Below are positions 43,453 through 56,586 of a stretch of 60,000 bases of DNA, piece after piece. This DNA comes from Malacoraja senta (taxonomy: Eukaryota): contig CM075989.1 in NCBI GenBank assembly GCA_038087875.1, positions 11,782,001 to 11,842,000 of the forward strand, given 5' to 3'. Each line of letters starts with the position of its first letter. Positions within the stretch are counted from its first letter, which is position 1. The notes under the pieces are model-generated. The model was not told where the DNA came from. It worked only from the letters and a program-made list of their open reading frames with translations, and made no database searches. The translations under genes were made by a program, and so were the position numbers.

Positions 43453-45509
43453 CTAGAAGGAAAAGAACAATTCCTAGTTAGCACTAATAGAAAATAGAAA
43501 TTTCCTACAAACGATACAGAAATTATGCCCTCAGTTGGGTGGGGGGGTGGGGGATAAAGAAGACAGGGGGTTGAAACATAGAAACATAGAAAATAGGTGC
43601 AGGAGTAGGCCATTCGGCCCTTCGAGCCTGCACCGCCATTCAATATGATCATGGCTGATCATCCAACTCAGTATCCTGTATCTTGAAGGGTGTGAAAATC
43701 AGTTAGTCAGTCTTAGGGAATGCATGTTGTTAACATGCAAGAATTTATTCTCCATTCAGACTATTGAGGCAAGCTTCAATCACTGAGCAACCCTACTGGG
43801 AGGTCCTAGCAGTCTTGCTTTCTTGCGATTCCCATACTGGACATGTGTGAACTTCAGCAAATATGAATTTCTGAAGATTGATCACTACTATAAATGCAGG
43901 AAGCATAGCAGTCATTTGACAAAAAAAGCACAATGGACAGGATATTGGCCTATGTTCCAGTTTATCTATTAAATATTGACTCGAAATTCCACATTAATTG
44001 AGAACACAAAGACTGGAATAACTGGGTTTGGCAGCATCTCTGGAGAACACGGATAGGTGAGGTTTCGAGTCGAGATCCTTCTTCGGTCTAAAGGTCCTGA
44101 GCTGATATGTCACCTATTCATGTTCTCCATGTATGCTGCCTGACTAGTTGAATTACGCTAGCATTTTGTGTGTTTTTTAAAATCTTGTATTTTAGTTTAG
44201 TTTAGAGATACAGCGTGGAAACGGGCCCTTCGACCCACCAACCAGCGATCACCCGTACACTAGTTCGATCCAGCACACTAGGGAAAATGTACAGAAATGT
44301 AATTAACCTACAAACCTGCACATCTATGGAATGTGGGAGGAAACCGGAGCACCCAGAGAAATCCACGCAGTCACAGGAAGAACGGACAAACTCTGTACAG
44401 ACAGAATCCGTAGTCAGAATCAAAACCCGGGTCAAAAGCAGCGACTCTACCGCTGAGCCACTGTACCCACTAAAGAGCCAAGTTTCTGCAGAAGTTGCTT
44501 AATTCTCAGCCATTCAATGCCTCTATTTCCCAAGCCCAGGACCCTATGCTTTTGTTCTGTTCCCAAAATTATTCTGTCTTCTATCCATTTAGACTATGCC
44601 CTCCAGTTTATGTTACCTCTTCGCATTCTTCCTACCAAAATGTAATGATTTACATTCCACCTTATTATATTTCATCTGACACCTACTCGCTCATTCTGCC
44701 AGCCAATTTACATATTCTTGAAGTCTATTATTGTCCTCCGAGTTTTGTATATTCTGAAATTTTGAAAAAAGTTCCCTGAACACCCAGTGGGTATTAAGAA
44801 AATCAGCGATCCATAATGATCTCTGGGAACTTCACCGAACACTTCCCTCCAGCACATTACGAAAATCCCTTTCCTGTTATCATAATCATACATTATTAGC
44901 CAAGTATGTTTTGCAACATACGAGGAATTTGATTTGCCATAGTCACACCAATAAAAAGCAACAAGACACACAAAATACATTTTAACATAAGCATCCACCA
45001 GTGACTCCTCCACATTCCTCACTGTGATGGAAGGCAAAAAAAAGTTCAAGCTCTTCCCTTCTTTGTTCTCCTGCTGTTGGGGGCCTCGAGCCTTCTGTTG
45101 ACGGAACGATCTTGGCTACCAGCGAACATGAACACAAACTTTTTAAAACACATTAAAAATAACAAAAAAGACGACAGACAGACTGTTGGCGAGGCCCTAT
45201 GTACACACATATATGTATATATACATACATACATATAAGAATTTATGGGAAAAGGGTGGTAACAATGCCAGGGAGAGATCAGAACTCGGGGATGATATTC
45301 TGAAGAACAGCACTGGCGAGTGAATAGGAAGCAGATGCGAATTGGAAGCAGATAAGCAAAGGTTGTGATGGCCTTAATAGTGAAAGAAGATGGAAGGAGG
45401 GCTGAGAGTGCTTTGGATGTTTGATAGTGAAAATAACAGTGAAATAACCTCTAACTAAACACCTCACTGTGGTGGTCCAATAACTCAAGTCTGTGGAGCC
45501 AGTACTTAC

Positions 45510-45642
45510 CGAAGCTCTCTCTGCCGAAGCAATTGGCTTGCACAAGACAAAGCCTGCAGTTCACTCACAGGAATCTGGTCAACTAAGATACAGATATCTT
45601 CCATCACTTGGATCAGTTGCTTGCTATACCCCATTGAATTAT
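45510..45642 (-). CDS. BLM: BLM exon 6 (BDHCT dimerisation bundle; QLIQVMEDICILVDQIP)
   Basis: cag/gtaag boundaries, 133 nt. Confidence 0.94.
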
Positions 45643-46517
45643 CTGTTTAAAGGACAAAACCAGCATCTTAATATTCACAACTTTGCAGTTTGCATGTTTA
45701 GAAATGCACCTAATGCACACAAAGTAGACCACTGCAGCCTCTCTAACATTGTAAGCAAAGTTTATCAACACCGGCAGCATTGTAATGATGGCAGGATCCC
45801 ACAAGAGGTCACCTTGCACCGTTGCTGCATTCTTTAGTTGTTAGCTCTGTTCCCAGTGCAGTTTTATTCCTCTTGTTTGCTCTACATTGAATAAAAAACA
45901 GAAACATCTATTCAGGCAAAAATATTTACTTCAGTGTTAATGCTCCTCATAAATATCCAACCTAAATCTCATTCACACATCTTTTCCATGGCACTCTACC
46001 ACAAAAATGAAATTGGGATAAAAACATAGCTGTTCAGAGAAAACTCTATGGAGAAATGTGAAGAATATGATGAAGTTAAGCGAGGTAAAATGAAAGGAAA
46101 TGCATATGGAGCATTGCATTCAGACAGAGTTGTTCTGATGAATATCCTATTTTCTCAGTTTCATATTTTATGTATTGTCATGACGTTCCAGAAATAGAAG
46201 ATCGTGTGCAGTCTCACACTGCTACAAAGAAAGCAGAGTGAGCAAATTGAGTACAGCCTTTTATTCCTAATTTACAAATCATATGTTCATACTTACAACG
46301 GGCAAATCTGAGTTAAAAAGTTACAACTCCAGTGACAAGGTTCATATTATACATATTCACAGTAATTTACAATGGGGAAAGCATGCAGCAGATATATTTT
46401 TTTAATTCTCAATTTAAATTTATTAGCAATAATATGACAACAATTTAAAATGATTTACTCCTTTAATGCAGCCGACAGAAGGAGTTCCAATGGACTAACA
46501 AGAAGATAATCTCTTAC

Positions 46518-46615
46518 CATTATCTACTCTAGTCATTGATAGTGTTTTGGTTGCATCTTCATCGCATGGCTGTGGATTTGGTGAGGGGACAAATCGCTCA
46601 GTTTCTGCCGAATTA
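46518..46615 (-). CDS. BLM: BLM exon 5 (NSAETERFVPSPNPQ...)
   Basis: ctccctccacag/gtaag boundaries, 98 nt; phase 2 to 1 bridges exons 4 and 6. Confidence 0.8.
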
Positions 46616-46959
46616 CTGTGGAGGGAGAACATCTTATTAAAGATACTCAAACTGTTCTCCAGATACTGACCTGACAAAAGTATTTAGCTGTCTGTCATGT
46701 TCATTGTTAGCACTCTAACCTCCGACTCACTGGGTTGGGGGTTCAAGCCCCACTCCAGAGAAACAAGTTCATTTTTCGTGATGACAGTCCAGGCAGAAGA
46801 GCCTTAGACTTTGCACAAGATGTTAACCAATTGTTGGTCCCCCTGTTAATGTCAATTCCGACCAGTGGCAAAGAACCAAGATGTTAGATTGTTCTCCAAA
46901 GTGAATTTGAGAGAACCTATAGTACTGATTATGAATGGTGCTGTATGGTGCATGGAAAC

Positions 46960-47625
46960 AAGATCCTTGCCCCACACATCCATGATGACCAAGTTGCTTA
47001 CCTTTGTCTGGCTCATATCCCTCCAAATCTTTCCTATTCACATATCTATTCAAGTGTCTTTGAAATTTCACATTTGTACTGGTCTCTAGCACTTTCTCAG
47101 GTAGTTTGCTCGACTACGGGGCAAAGACTGTGACTACTCATCTTATCTATGCAATTCATGATTATTTTTCTTTCTTTTTTTAAATTCATCTTTCTTACAG
47201 CAGGGCAACCAGAACTGTACACATTATTCCAAATGTGGCCATACCAATGTTTACAGCTCTAACACGACTTTCCAACCCATGTCCGTAATACACTGACCAA
47301 CGAAGGCACTCATACCAAATACCTTCACCACTCTATCCATCCATGTCGCCACTTTCATGGAACTACACAACTGCATCCCTAGGTTTCTCTGTTGTACAAC
47401 ATTCCACAGAGTCTTATAACTTATTGTGCAAATCCTGTCCTGGTTTATCTTCCCAAAATTCAACAGCTCTGAATTAAACACCGTCTGCTGTTCCTCGGCC
47501 CATTCATCTGATCAGAATTTTGTCACCTATACCACCAATTTCAGTGTCATTTGTGAACTTATTAACCATGCCACCTAGATTCTCATTCAAATCATTAATA
47601 TAAATTATAAACAGCAGTGGACCAA
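46960..47625 (-). mobile_element. CR1/HER1-type LINE fragments; others at ~905-1235, 28880-29680, 35890-36310, 43573-43682, 49575-50450 and 51290-51720
   Basis: Remnants such as QRDLDIQI and QRNLGMQ, and typical CR1 3' tails. Confidence 0.6.
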
Positions 47626-50600
47626 ATGTCTCATCTTCCTCAAACAAGGCAGCACACCAACGCCACTACTTCCACAGGAGACTGAGAATATTTGGCACAT
47701 CTACAGATGCACTATAGAAAGTATATTGTCAGATTGCATCACAGCTTAGTTTGGGAGCAGCTCTGCGAAAGAAATAGCAATGGATGCAGCCCAGTCCATC
47801 ACAGTCCAGACTCTTCACCGTTGATTCCATATGCACTAAACATCGCTTCAGTAAAGCAGCAAATAAGCAAAAACGTCCCATCCTAGCCATTCCTTTTTCT
47901 CCCCGCTCCCGTCAGGCAGACGATACAGAAGTTTGAAAACTTGCACCAAAGTCAGAAACAGCTTCTTCCCCTCTATTTATTATCAGGCTTCTGAGCAGTC
48001 TTTTCATAAGTTAGGGTGCAGTCCGATTCACTTCTACCTCATTGCAGACATTATACTTATGTCTCTTGAACTGTTGCACTACAATGCTGAGAACTATATT
48101 CTGCACTGAACCTTTCCCTTTGACTCTACCCGTTGTACTTGAGTTTGGCTCGATTTTATCTACAGGATTATCCAATTTAATTGAATAGCATGCAGAGCAA
48201 TGGTTTTCACTGCACCTTGGTAAATGTGACAATAATAAACCTAAACCAGCACTGATCCCTGTGCCACACATTACAGGTCTTCAGTCTGAAAAACAACCTT
48301 CTAACACCAGACCATGTGGTACCTTGTCAAAGTCCTTGGTGGGACAAGTAAACTGAGATTTGGCCCTCAAATGATGTTCCACATTTTCCATCTAAAAATA
48401 TATTTCATTGCCTGTTCCTGATCTATTTTATTATGCCTGACTTATTTCTCTCTCATTACCATGTTGCCCCAACTTCACCCCGCTAACGTACACTCCACAA
48501 TCCATGCACTCTGGAATTTCCACTCCATATTCCTCTTTTTCTTTAAATGCTAAGAAATTCTGCTTCAATCAATAATTGTTAACAATACACTATCTTTGAA
48601 TTGAATACCTTTGGTTGTCATTACTTGGGATCACTACTTAGAATGCTCAAATATTTCACAACACCTTGGACTACTGTCCTGAAAAGTAACAGTGAGTGCT
48701 ATTAAACATACTTGTATTGGGACCAAATTCTGGGGGGGTCATTGCCGATATTTTCCCCATAAACATCGTGCCATTCTAGAATGGTAGATCAGGTTGTTAG
48801 TCTTGTAATTTCAGAATAATTTAACCGGTTAATCAGTTCAGGAACATAACAATACCTCAGCACTGAATTACTTCCTGAGATGGTAATTATTCATCAGGAA
48901 AATTTATTCCCAAACGATTTATCTACTAGAATCTCAATGCAGAGCTTGATGTACTGCTAAGCCACAGCTACTGAAAAAACCAGGTCACGTTTCTGGTCTG
49001 TGGTTTGTTAACTGATCTCAAGCAGCAAAGCAGATAAGGAAACAAACTCTGCCTCAGAAATGTTGCACTATTGGGGCACAGATAGGGATGAAGGGTTCAG
49101 GGGAAAAAGTGAGATGGGGGCAGAAGGGGGTTAAATGAGAAGAATGCAAAGATGCAGAGAATAAAAAGTGTAGGATAAGTATATACAGGTATTTGTTATG
49201 GTCAGCACAGATTTTGTGGGCAGAAAAGCCTGTTTCTGTGCTGTATCGGTACGACGCTGTGGTAAGAATAACCAGCTGATATAATTTGCATCCCCATCCT
49301 ACTCCAACCCCACTTGGCGATGTATTTGCAATCACCACGTAATCACCACTTCAGCAGTAATGCCTGCAGTGTAAACATCTGGTTAAGTTTCACTGTCTGT
49401 TTTCACACATAAAGCTTGAGCACTTACTTGAGGTGCATAGTGGTGCCAAGCACTGGTCCTGTGCTTGGAGTCTTTGAAAACATAGAACAGAGAAACAGGA
49501 ACACGTTGACCCACAGGAAAAAGAGTAAACTTTATGATGTATCTAGTGAAGATGCGCAGAGGCACAGATTCCCAGTCATACAAGATATTAAAAAAAGGCC
49601 TTTTGACCCAGCATCTCCACCATCATGCATCCATCTGTACCAATCCCATTTTCAAGCATTTGGTCCAGTGTTCAGGTGCAGATCAAGATACTTCTGAGAG
49701 TACCTCCCTATCTTCACCACCCTTGAGGCAATGTATTCCAAATTTATGCTACCCTGGGGGTGATAAAATACTCGGGTCCCTTGAATCCTCGACTCCTTGC
49801 CTTAAACCCACACCCTCTTGTTTTTTACACCACTGCTTTGGGGAAAAGCTTCTCTTTGTACTATCAAGCCTGTCCATAATTTTGTATACCTCAATCAGGA
49901 CTTCTTAATCTCCTCTTCCCCAAGAAAGTAAGCACAGCCTACCTGGTCTTTCCTTGTAACTGAAATACTTCAGCCCAGAGTACTCTGTTGTGGCCGTACC
50001 AATATTTTACATAGTTGTAATTACTTTGCTTTTCTATTCTATGCCCCGTCTAACGGAGACAAGTATAACATATGGCTTCTTAATCACCTCTTCCATCCAT
50101 TCTGCCAGCTTCATGGGCTTTTGGATTTGTATATCAAGATCCCTCTGTTCCTCAATATTCCCTTGGGACTTCCCAATCTTTTTGTATAGCCTAGCATTAT
50201 TAGTCCTCTCAAAATGCATCACTTTTCAGGATTAAATTCCACCTGCCACTGCTTATCCAAGATACCAACTGAACAATAATCATATTGTAGCCAAAGATTA
50301 CACGCTTCACTAACAACAATACCATAATTTTTCATATCATCTGCAAACTTATTAATGATACCTTGTACATTCACATCCAAGTTATTAATGTCTACAACAA
50401 ACAGTCACAGGTAGAATATCGATTCTCAAAGTACATCACTGATCAAACAGCCTTCAAACCAGGCAATCAACTCAACTGGAGCAATCATGATTGGTGAAAC
50501 ACAAGGTGCATCTTCCGAAGCAGTGAGAGAAATAAATAAGATGAGAGAAAGAAATGGGATTGGAGCTAAATCAAGTTTAGAATATCATAAAGTCATACCA

Positions 50601-51063
50601 GATTGAGGAAGCAAAAACATCAAAAAAGTAAGAAAAACTCTTAAGAACAATTCACTACTTGCAGGAATGACTGGCTGCAAGTTCAGTTGTTCACTTTTCA
50701 GATTGGTTCTCAGCTACATTACGAAATTAATATTTAAATTATAGCAAATCATAAGATCCCAGGGGAAGGATAGAACTAAGTTCAACTTTCAGAAGATTAA
50801 CGGCAGACCATTATGGAACTTGTAGCAATTTACAGTTCATTCTTTCTTGCACAAGTCACTGGGTACAAGTAACAGTGAGCAATATTAAACTTACTTGAAT
50901 TGGGAACCAAATTCTGACCTGTTAAACTTCTACCTACAGTTACTCACGATGATCTTCCCATGGACAGTGACAGAAAAAAACCCACACATTCATCCACAGG
51001 ATGGCATTAAAAAGTCTCCTATATAATCTTCAATGTAAAATAAAATCACCTGTACAAACAAAC

Positions 51064-51223
51064 CTGAGACAATTGAGGAAGGATGGCAGAGATGTCTGAT
51101 CACTTTCAGGGGATGGTGGAATAAAATCAATTTCACAGTCCTCATTCTCCAGGTGATCGGGGTTTCTGCCCTCAGTGAAAATGGCATCAAGTTGTGGCTG
51201 GCTGCTCCGAGGGCCGTCAACAT
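51064..51223 (-). CDS. BLM: BLM exon 4 (DFIPPSP, TopBP1-binding type motif)
   Basis: cag/gtttg boundaries, 160 nt. Confidence 0.92.
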
Positions 51224-51879
51224 CTGTAAGGTCAACTACAGTTGCAGAAAGTTAGAAAGTAGATAAAGTAAGTAATTAGGAATATGAATGTCCTTATTAT
51301 AAAGGGCTAGAGGAGACGGCAAGGATGTCTTCCTATCAAGGGCTTTAAGATCATATCTGGAGAATTGTTTACAGTCCTGATCTCGAAAATAAGGTTTTAT
51401 TTGCCATGGGGAATGTGCAATGTGGATTCCAGATGTGATTGTTCTAAAAATGACAAAAAGAGGATGATGAGCTCACAATTATTGGATTTTAGAAGACGAA
51501 AAGCAATTTCATTGAAATATACAAGATTCTCAGACAGGTGTCAGAGGCTACCATTTCCTTATGATGAGAGTCTAGGAGCTGTAATCTCCAGACTGGCCAT
51601 TTAGGAATGATGACCGAAAAAATCTATTCACTCAGGGAACAGCAAACCTTTGTAATTCTTTACCCCAGGACGCTCAGCTACTGGGCCTATTGAAGGCTAA
51701 AATGAATGGATTGTTGGATATGTGGAGATCAGGCAGGAAATTAATGGTCTTATGGCATTATGTTAATTAATAGAGCAGGTCAAGGTAATGGTGATGATGG
51801 TGGAGGTACCACAGGCCTGATCTTCCTATTTATTTCATCCTTATGTTTATCATTAATTTTTACATTCCGTAATGTGGAA

Positions 51880-52450
51880 TTCTAAAGATGTGGTAAGAGT
51901 GACTCCCCTTGATATCAATGCGGTAGTGTGGTATTGCTCTGATAAAAATGAAGTCAATAGGCATCAAAATGGAAAATGCTCCAATGGTTGGAGTTATATC
52001 TCGTGCAAAGGGAATGGCTGTGGCTGTCAGCCCAGCCCGAGGATATCATTGCAGGAGTTCCTCAGAATTATCTCCTAGGCTCAACCACATTCAACTGCTT
52101 CTTCAATGACCTCCCTTCCATCAGAAGATCTGAAGTTGGAATGTTCACTGATGATTGCACAATGTTCAATTCCATTTGCAACTCCTCAGCAAATGAAACA
52201 GCCATTGCCTACACGGAAAATATTCAGCGTTGGCCTGATAAATGGCAAGTAACATTCAGACCACACCAGTGACAGACAATGACCATTTCCAACCAGAGAG
52301 CATCTAACCGCCCACTGTTGACATTTAATGGCATAACCACTGCCGAAAACCCATCACTAATATCCAAGGGGTCACTACTGATGAACTATATCAATACTGT
52401 ATTTACAAGAGAAATTAAAAACTGGGTTACTGTGGCAAATAATTCACTTC
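51880..52450 (+). mobile_element. Old CR1/L2-group LINE RT fragment; related pieces at ~22900-23400, 26180-26840 and 39085-39605
   Basis: AGVPQNYLLGSTTFNCFFNDLP...MFTDDCT. Confidence 0.65.
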
Positions 52451-52546
52451 CTCTTGGTACCCCAGAGCCTCTAATCTTTTACTAGTGCCTCGTTTAAGAA
52501 ATTGATTAAATTTAAGACAAATCATAACAAAACCAATCATTCTTAC

Positions 52547-53307
52547 TTTTCTCTTCTATATCCTCCTTCCCAATGCCATCCGAGTCATCGTCACTTAAGA
52601 TGATCCTTGGACCTAAAGACCTTTTCTTCTTTGGAGAAAAAGACCCGGTGTAATCTTCATCCTCACAGTCGGGAGGCTCCCAAGAACCGACCGGGCAGAT
52701 TTCAAGGTCATTAACCTGCTTTGACTCTGTAAAGCAATTCCTTGGAGACTGAACAATTGTACTCTCCTTGGTGAGGAAAGACAAATTCTGTACTCCATTG
52801 ACATGTTTCACGTTACGATCACCTCCATTTAGATCTTTGGATGAAGTCAATCCACTGGTGTTTGAATGATTCACTTTATTTGATTCCTGTGTTAACTGTT
52901 TTGTGCTCGAGGACAAACTTGATTTCAAACCACTTTTTTCTTTCTTTGGGGTTTCAAAGTCTTCCAGATCATCCCAATCATCCAGGCTGATAACAGAGCC
53001 TGAGGACTCATCTGGATCAAGCTTCTTAGAAATCAGTGCAGCTGTTGCAGTTTGCCTCAGAGATGGGGATGTTGAAGCAGCAAATCGGGAAGTTGAATCC
53101 AACTGCTTGGCAGCATGTTCAAGAAAGTTATTGATTTTGAGCGGTTGTTCATTAGGTATTGGTGAACGTGGTGTAGATTCAGGCTTACTCAGGGTTGCTT
53201 GTTTGAAAACATTGACATCTCTGTCCTTGAGAACACTGGTGCTGGTAAATCTCTGTAAACTGGGAGTTCCAACAGTACCGGGGGGAACCTTCTTAAATGT
53301 GAATGCC
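52547..53307 (-). CDS. BLM: BLM exon 3 (AFTFKK...DDWDDLEDFE)
   Basis: cag/gtaag boundaries, 761 nt open frame. Confidence 0.93.
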
Positions 53308-53402
53308 CTGTTAATGATAAATTGCATTTAAAAGTTAGTACTATTTGGAGACTTGCTTTGCTTTATGGCAAGTCAGGGAAGAGTTCTTGTGAGGAATAAA
53401 TC

Positions 53403-53760
53403 AGGGCAGCACAGTAGTGTTAGGATTGCACAGGCAGAGTAGGCAGGTCACAGGCAGGTAGAGCTGCTGCCTCACAGCTCCAGAGACCCGGGTTCAATCC
53501 TGATCTCAAGTGCTTTCTGTGTGGAGTTTGCACGTTCTCCCTGTGACAACATGGGTTTCCTCCAGGTGCTCTGGTTTCCTCCCAAATCCCAAAGACGTAC
53601 AGCTTTGTAGGTTAATTGCTCTCTGTAAATTTCCCGTGTAGGGGGTTGGATGTGAAAGCGGGAGAACATAGAACCAGTGTGTTTGGGTGATCGATGGTCG
53701 ATGTGTACTTGATGGGCCAAAGGGCCTGTTTCCATGCTGAATTTTTTAATTAAACTAAAT
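53403..53760 (+). mobile_element. tRNA-derived V-SINE (HE1-like); further copies on the minus strand at ~17197-17420, 29690-29910 and 44191-44468
   Basis: B-box gggttcaatcc; V-domain gtgtggagtttgcacgttctcc...gggtttcctcc; CR1-type tail aagggcctgtttccatgctg. Confidence 0.85.
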
Positions 53761-53829
53761 TTGGAACTGCATGGTGGGCAGTCAGATATAAATATTGCTT
53801 TGAAATAAATAGATATTTTTACTACTTAC

Positions 53830-53927
53830 CCTTGTTTGCTCTTCCCCAGTGAAAGTTTATTTTGGACTCCTTTCTCCGAGTGAAGCTCCAGCTGTTTCTG
53901 GAGGTTGTTCTGTGGTAAGCAAGTCAT
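53830..53927 (-). CDS. BLM: BLM exon 2, start codon (MTCLPQNNLQKQLELHS)
   Basis: ctgcag|A-ATG, donor gtaag; PQNNL..QLE.HS is the conserved BLM N-terminus. Confidence 0.95.
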
Positions 53928-54608
53928 TCTGCAGAACAAATCAAATCAAATAAGAATAATTTGTGATCACATTTTTAGAGTTTGGCTTATTTTACACTTT
54001 GGTAATCACATCCAGGTGTTTGCCAAAAGTTGCTAGCCGAGGATTTGTATCACAAAGCAGCAATTTGATCCAAGCAACTGAACTCCCATCTGGTTTTCTA
54101 CCATTTTCCAAGCACTGTACTCTCTAAATTAAAAAAATTGCACAATGTTCAATTCCATTTGCAACTCAGGCAGCATCTTCAAGGGAAATGGACAGATGAC
54201 AGTTGGAGTCAGGACCTTTCCTCAACCTGATGGAGTAGACGAGAGATAACTGATAGAATGAGGCGAGAGGCACGAGCGGGGAAAGAGTTAGCAAGTAATA
54301 GGTGGATTTACAGATGAGTGAGATGGGGGGGAAAAAAGTGTGGAGATCGTAACCAAGGCTAGGGGTAATATGTGGGGAAGACAAACGGGTGAAATCTGAT
54401 AAGGAAGGAAGGGAGTAAAATATAATCCAAAGGGAGGGATATTCGGTAGAAGAAGTTTAGATACTGACTGGGCATGAACCACAACACCTGGAAATGGAGC
54501 TGGAAAGCCTTGTGGAATAAGATGCCAGCAAAGAACTGCGGAAGGAGCAAGTCTAGGTAAGAACATGGTCAAGGAGCAGGAGAACAGTAGGAATCACAGA
54601 GAGGAAGC

Positions 54609-55735
54609 AGTTCCGGAAGTGGCGGCGCTGTTAATCGGCTGCGGCTCGCCTGCAGTCCGTCTGTTTTTACTTTTTCTGTTGGTTTTTTTTTTGTCCTGTT
54701 TTGTTAAGTTTTAGTTTGTTGGGTTGTGTTAGGGGGGGAGAAACATGTCCTCTGTCTCCTCCTTCGGGGGAATGCGACTTTTTTGTGTCGTATCCCCCTT
54801 CCCTGCCTCCATCTGCGGTGAGGCCTAATGGCGGAGCTGGCCGCCTCCATCCTGCGACCGACCCCGAGGCTACGGAGGCAGAGCCAGCCAGGACTTACCA
54901 ACGAGATGCTGGCCGTCTTCGGGGCTGAGGCAGCGGTGGCCCGACTTGCTGGTGCGGCGTTCTGGCTTTCGGCGGCAGCCTGGAGCTGATGCAGCGGGGT
55001 CCGGAGCGGAGACTGCGGGACCTGGAGCTGATACAGCGGGGTCCGGAGCGGAGACTGCGGGACCTGGAGCTGATACAGCGGGGTCCGGAGCGGAGACTGC
55101 GGGACCTGGAGCTGGTGCGGCGGGGTCCGGAGCGGAGACTGCGGGACCTGGAGCTGATACGGCGGGGTCCGGAGCGGAGACTGCGGGACCTGGAGCTGGT
55201 GCGGCGGGGTCCGGAGCAGAGACTGCGGGACCTGGAGCTGATACAGCGGGGTCCGGAGCGGAGACTGCGGGACCTGGAGCTGGTGCGGCGGGGTCCGGAG
55301 CGGAGACTGCGGGACCTGGAGCTGATACGGCGGGGTCCAGAGCGGAGACTGCGGGACCTGGAGCTGGTGCGGCGGGGTCCGGAGCGGAGACTGCGGGACC
55401 TGGAGCTGAAGCTGTGGCGGGCCGTCTCGGAGCGGAGACGGCGTTCCGGCTTTCGGCGGCGGCGACATCATCACGGAGGTCCGCTGGACTGGAGGGCGGC
55501 ATCTTCGGCCTGGATCGATCGCCTCAGCGCAGAGGGAGAACAAGGAGGAAGAGACGGAGACTAAGACTTTGCCTCCATCACAGTGAGGGTGTGCTTGGTG
55601 AACTCACTGTGGTGGATGTTTAATTTGTGTTTATTGTATGTTTTGTTATTATTGGTTCTGTGTATGACTGCAGGCATCACAATTTCGTTCAGACCGAAAG
55701 GTCTGAATGACAATAAAGGAAACTTGACTTGATTC
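54609..55735 (+). mobile_element. Non-autonomous retroelement carrying the 42-bp minisatellite; related 3' part at ~44900-45190 (-)
   Basis: 5' ttccggaagtggcggcg; 3' caataaagg..(cttga)n; shared gcctccatcacagtgagg motif. Confidence 0.55.
54979..55409. repeat. 42-bp GC-rich minisatellite, 10 full copies plus a partial copy
   Basis: Unit cctggagctgRtRcRgcggggtccggagcggagactgcggga starting at 54979, 55021 ... 55357. Confidence 0.97.
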
Positions 55736-56586
55736 TTGAGTTAGAGAGAGTCTCACAGAACTCCAATCAAACTGTACATGATGAGTTTAATCGCCACCAA
55801 GTCAGAATTCTATAGCTTTTGATTTGAACAGATAATCTGAATGTCACAAAAAGCTGGAGGAACTCAGCGGGTCAGAGGGCATCTCTGGAGAAAAGGAATA
55901 GTTGACGTTTCGAGTCGAGAACGTTCTTCAGACCCAAAACATCACCTATTCCTTTTCTCCAGAAATTCCGTCTGACCTGCTGAGTTACTCCAGCTTTTTG
56001 TGTCTATCTTCGGTTTAAACCAGCATCTGCAGTTCCTTACTACACATTTAGTCTGAATGTCATTTCTCTGCAGCTACATGCAGATTTAGATTTCAAGGCT
56101 TATTTCAATTATTAAATCACATAATACAGGACGAGACATGCAGTAGTGAGGAATCCATGCTCAGAGTCAGAGAGTGGTTTGTGAGGACTGGTTGCAGCCG
56201 TTTGCCGCAGAAGAGCGAACTGACCAGCTAATAAATGCTCTTTTTTAAAATAATAATACAAAGTGTAGTTACCCTCATTTATTCCTCACAGGCCCTGCAG
56301 AGACCAGGGGCCCGAGCTTGCTGTGTGCGAAGAAACAGCAGATGCTGGTTTCCACCGAAGATAATCACAAAAAGCTGGAGTAACTCCGCGGGACAGGCAG
56401 CATCTCTGGAGAGAAGGAATCGGATCGAGACCCGTCTTCAGGCTGAAGAAGGGTCTCGACCAGAAAGGCCACCCATTCATTCTCTCCAGAGATGCTGCCT
56501 GACCCGCTGAGTTAGTTACTCCAGCTTTTTGTGTGCTTGCTGTTTGCTTACCCGCCCGCTGCTGTCCGCAAGAATTAAAAACTTAC

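Noticed and set aside
43453..43652. N-terminal extension of the 330-aa ORF (MIILNGGAGSKGRM...)
   Set aside because: It is a CR1/SINE tail plus intron; the real exon 7 begins at the acceptor at 43452
49428..49471. 44-nt candidate exon with good splice sites in BLM intron 4
   Set aside because: Same phases as exon 5, so including both frameshifts to a stop; no recognisable homology; cannot be supported without RNA data
53403..53500. tRNA gene
   Set aside because: Degenerate tRNA-derived head of a V-SINE, with no intact cloverleaf
54704..55623. Four long overlapping ORFs (191-279 aa) as novel repeat proteins
   Set aside because: Open frames follow from a 42-bp GC-rich unit that is stop-free in these frames, inside a retroelement; no splice or domain support
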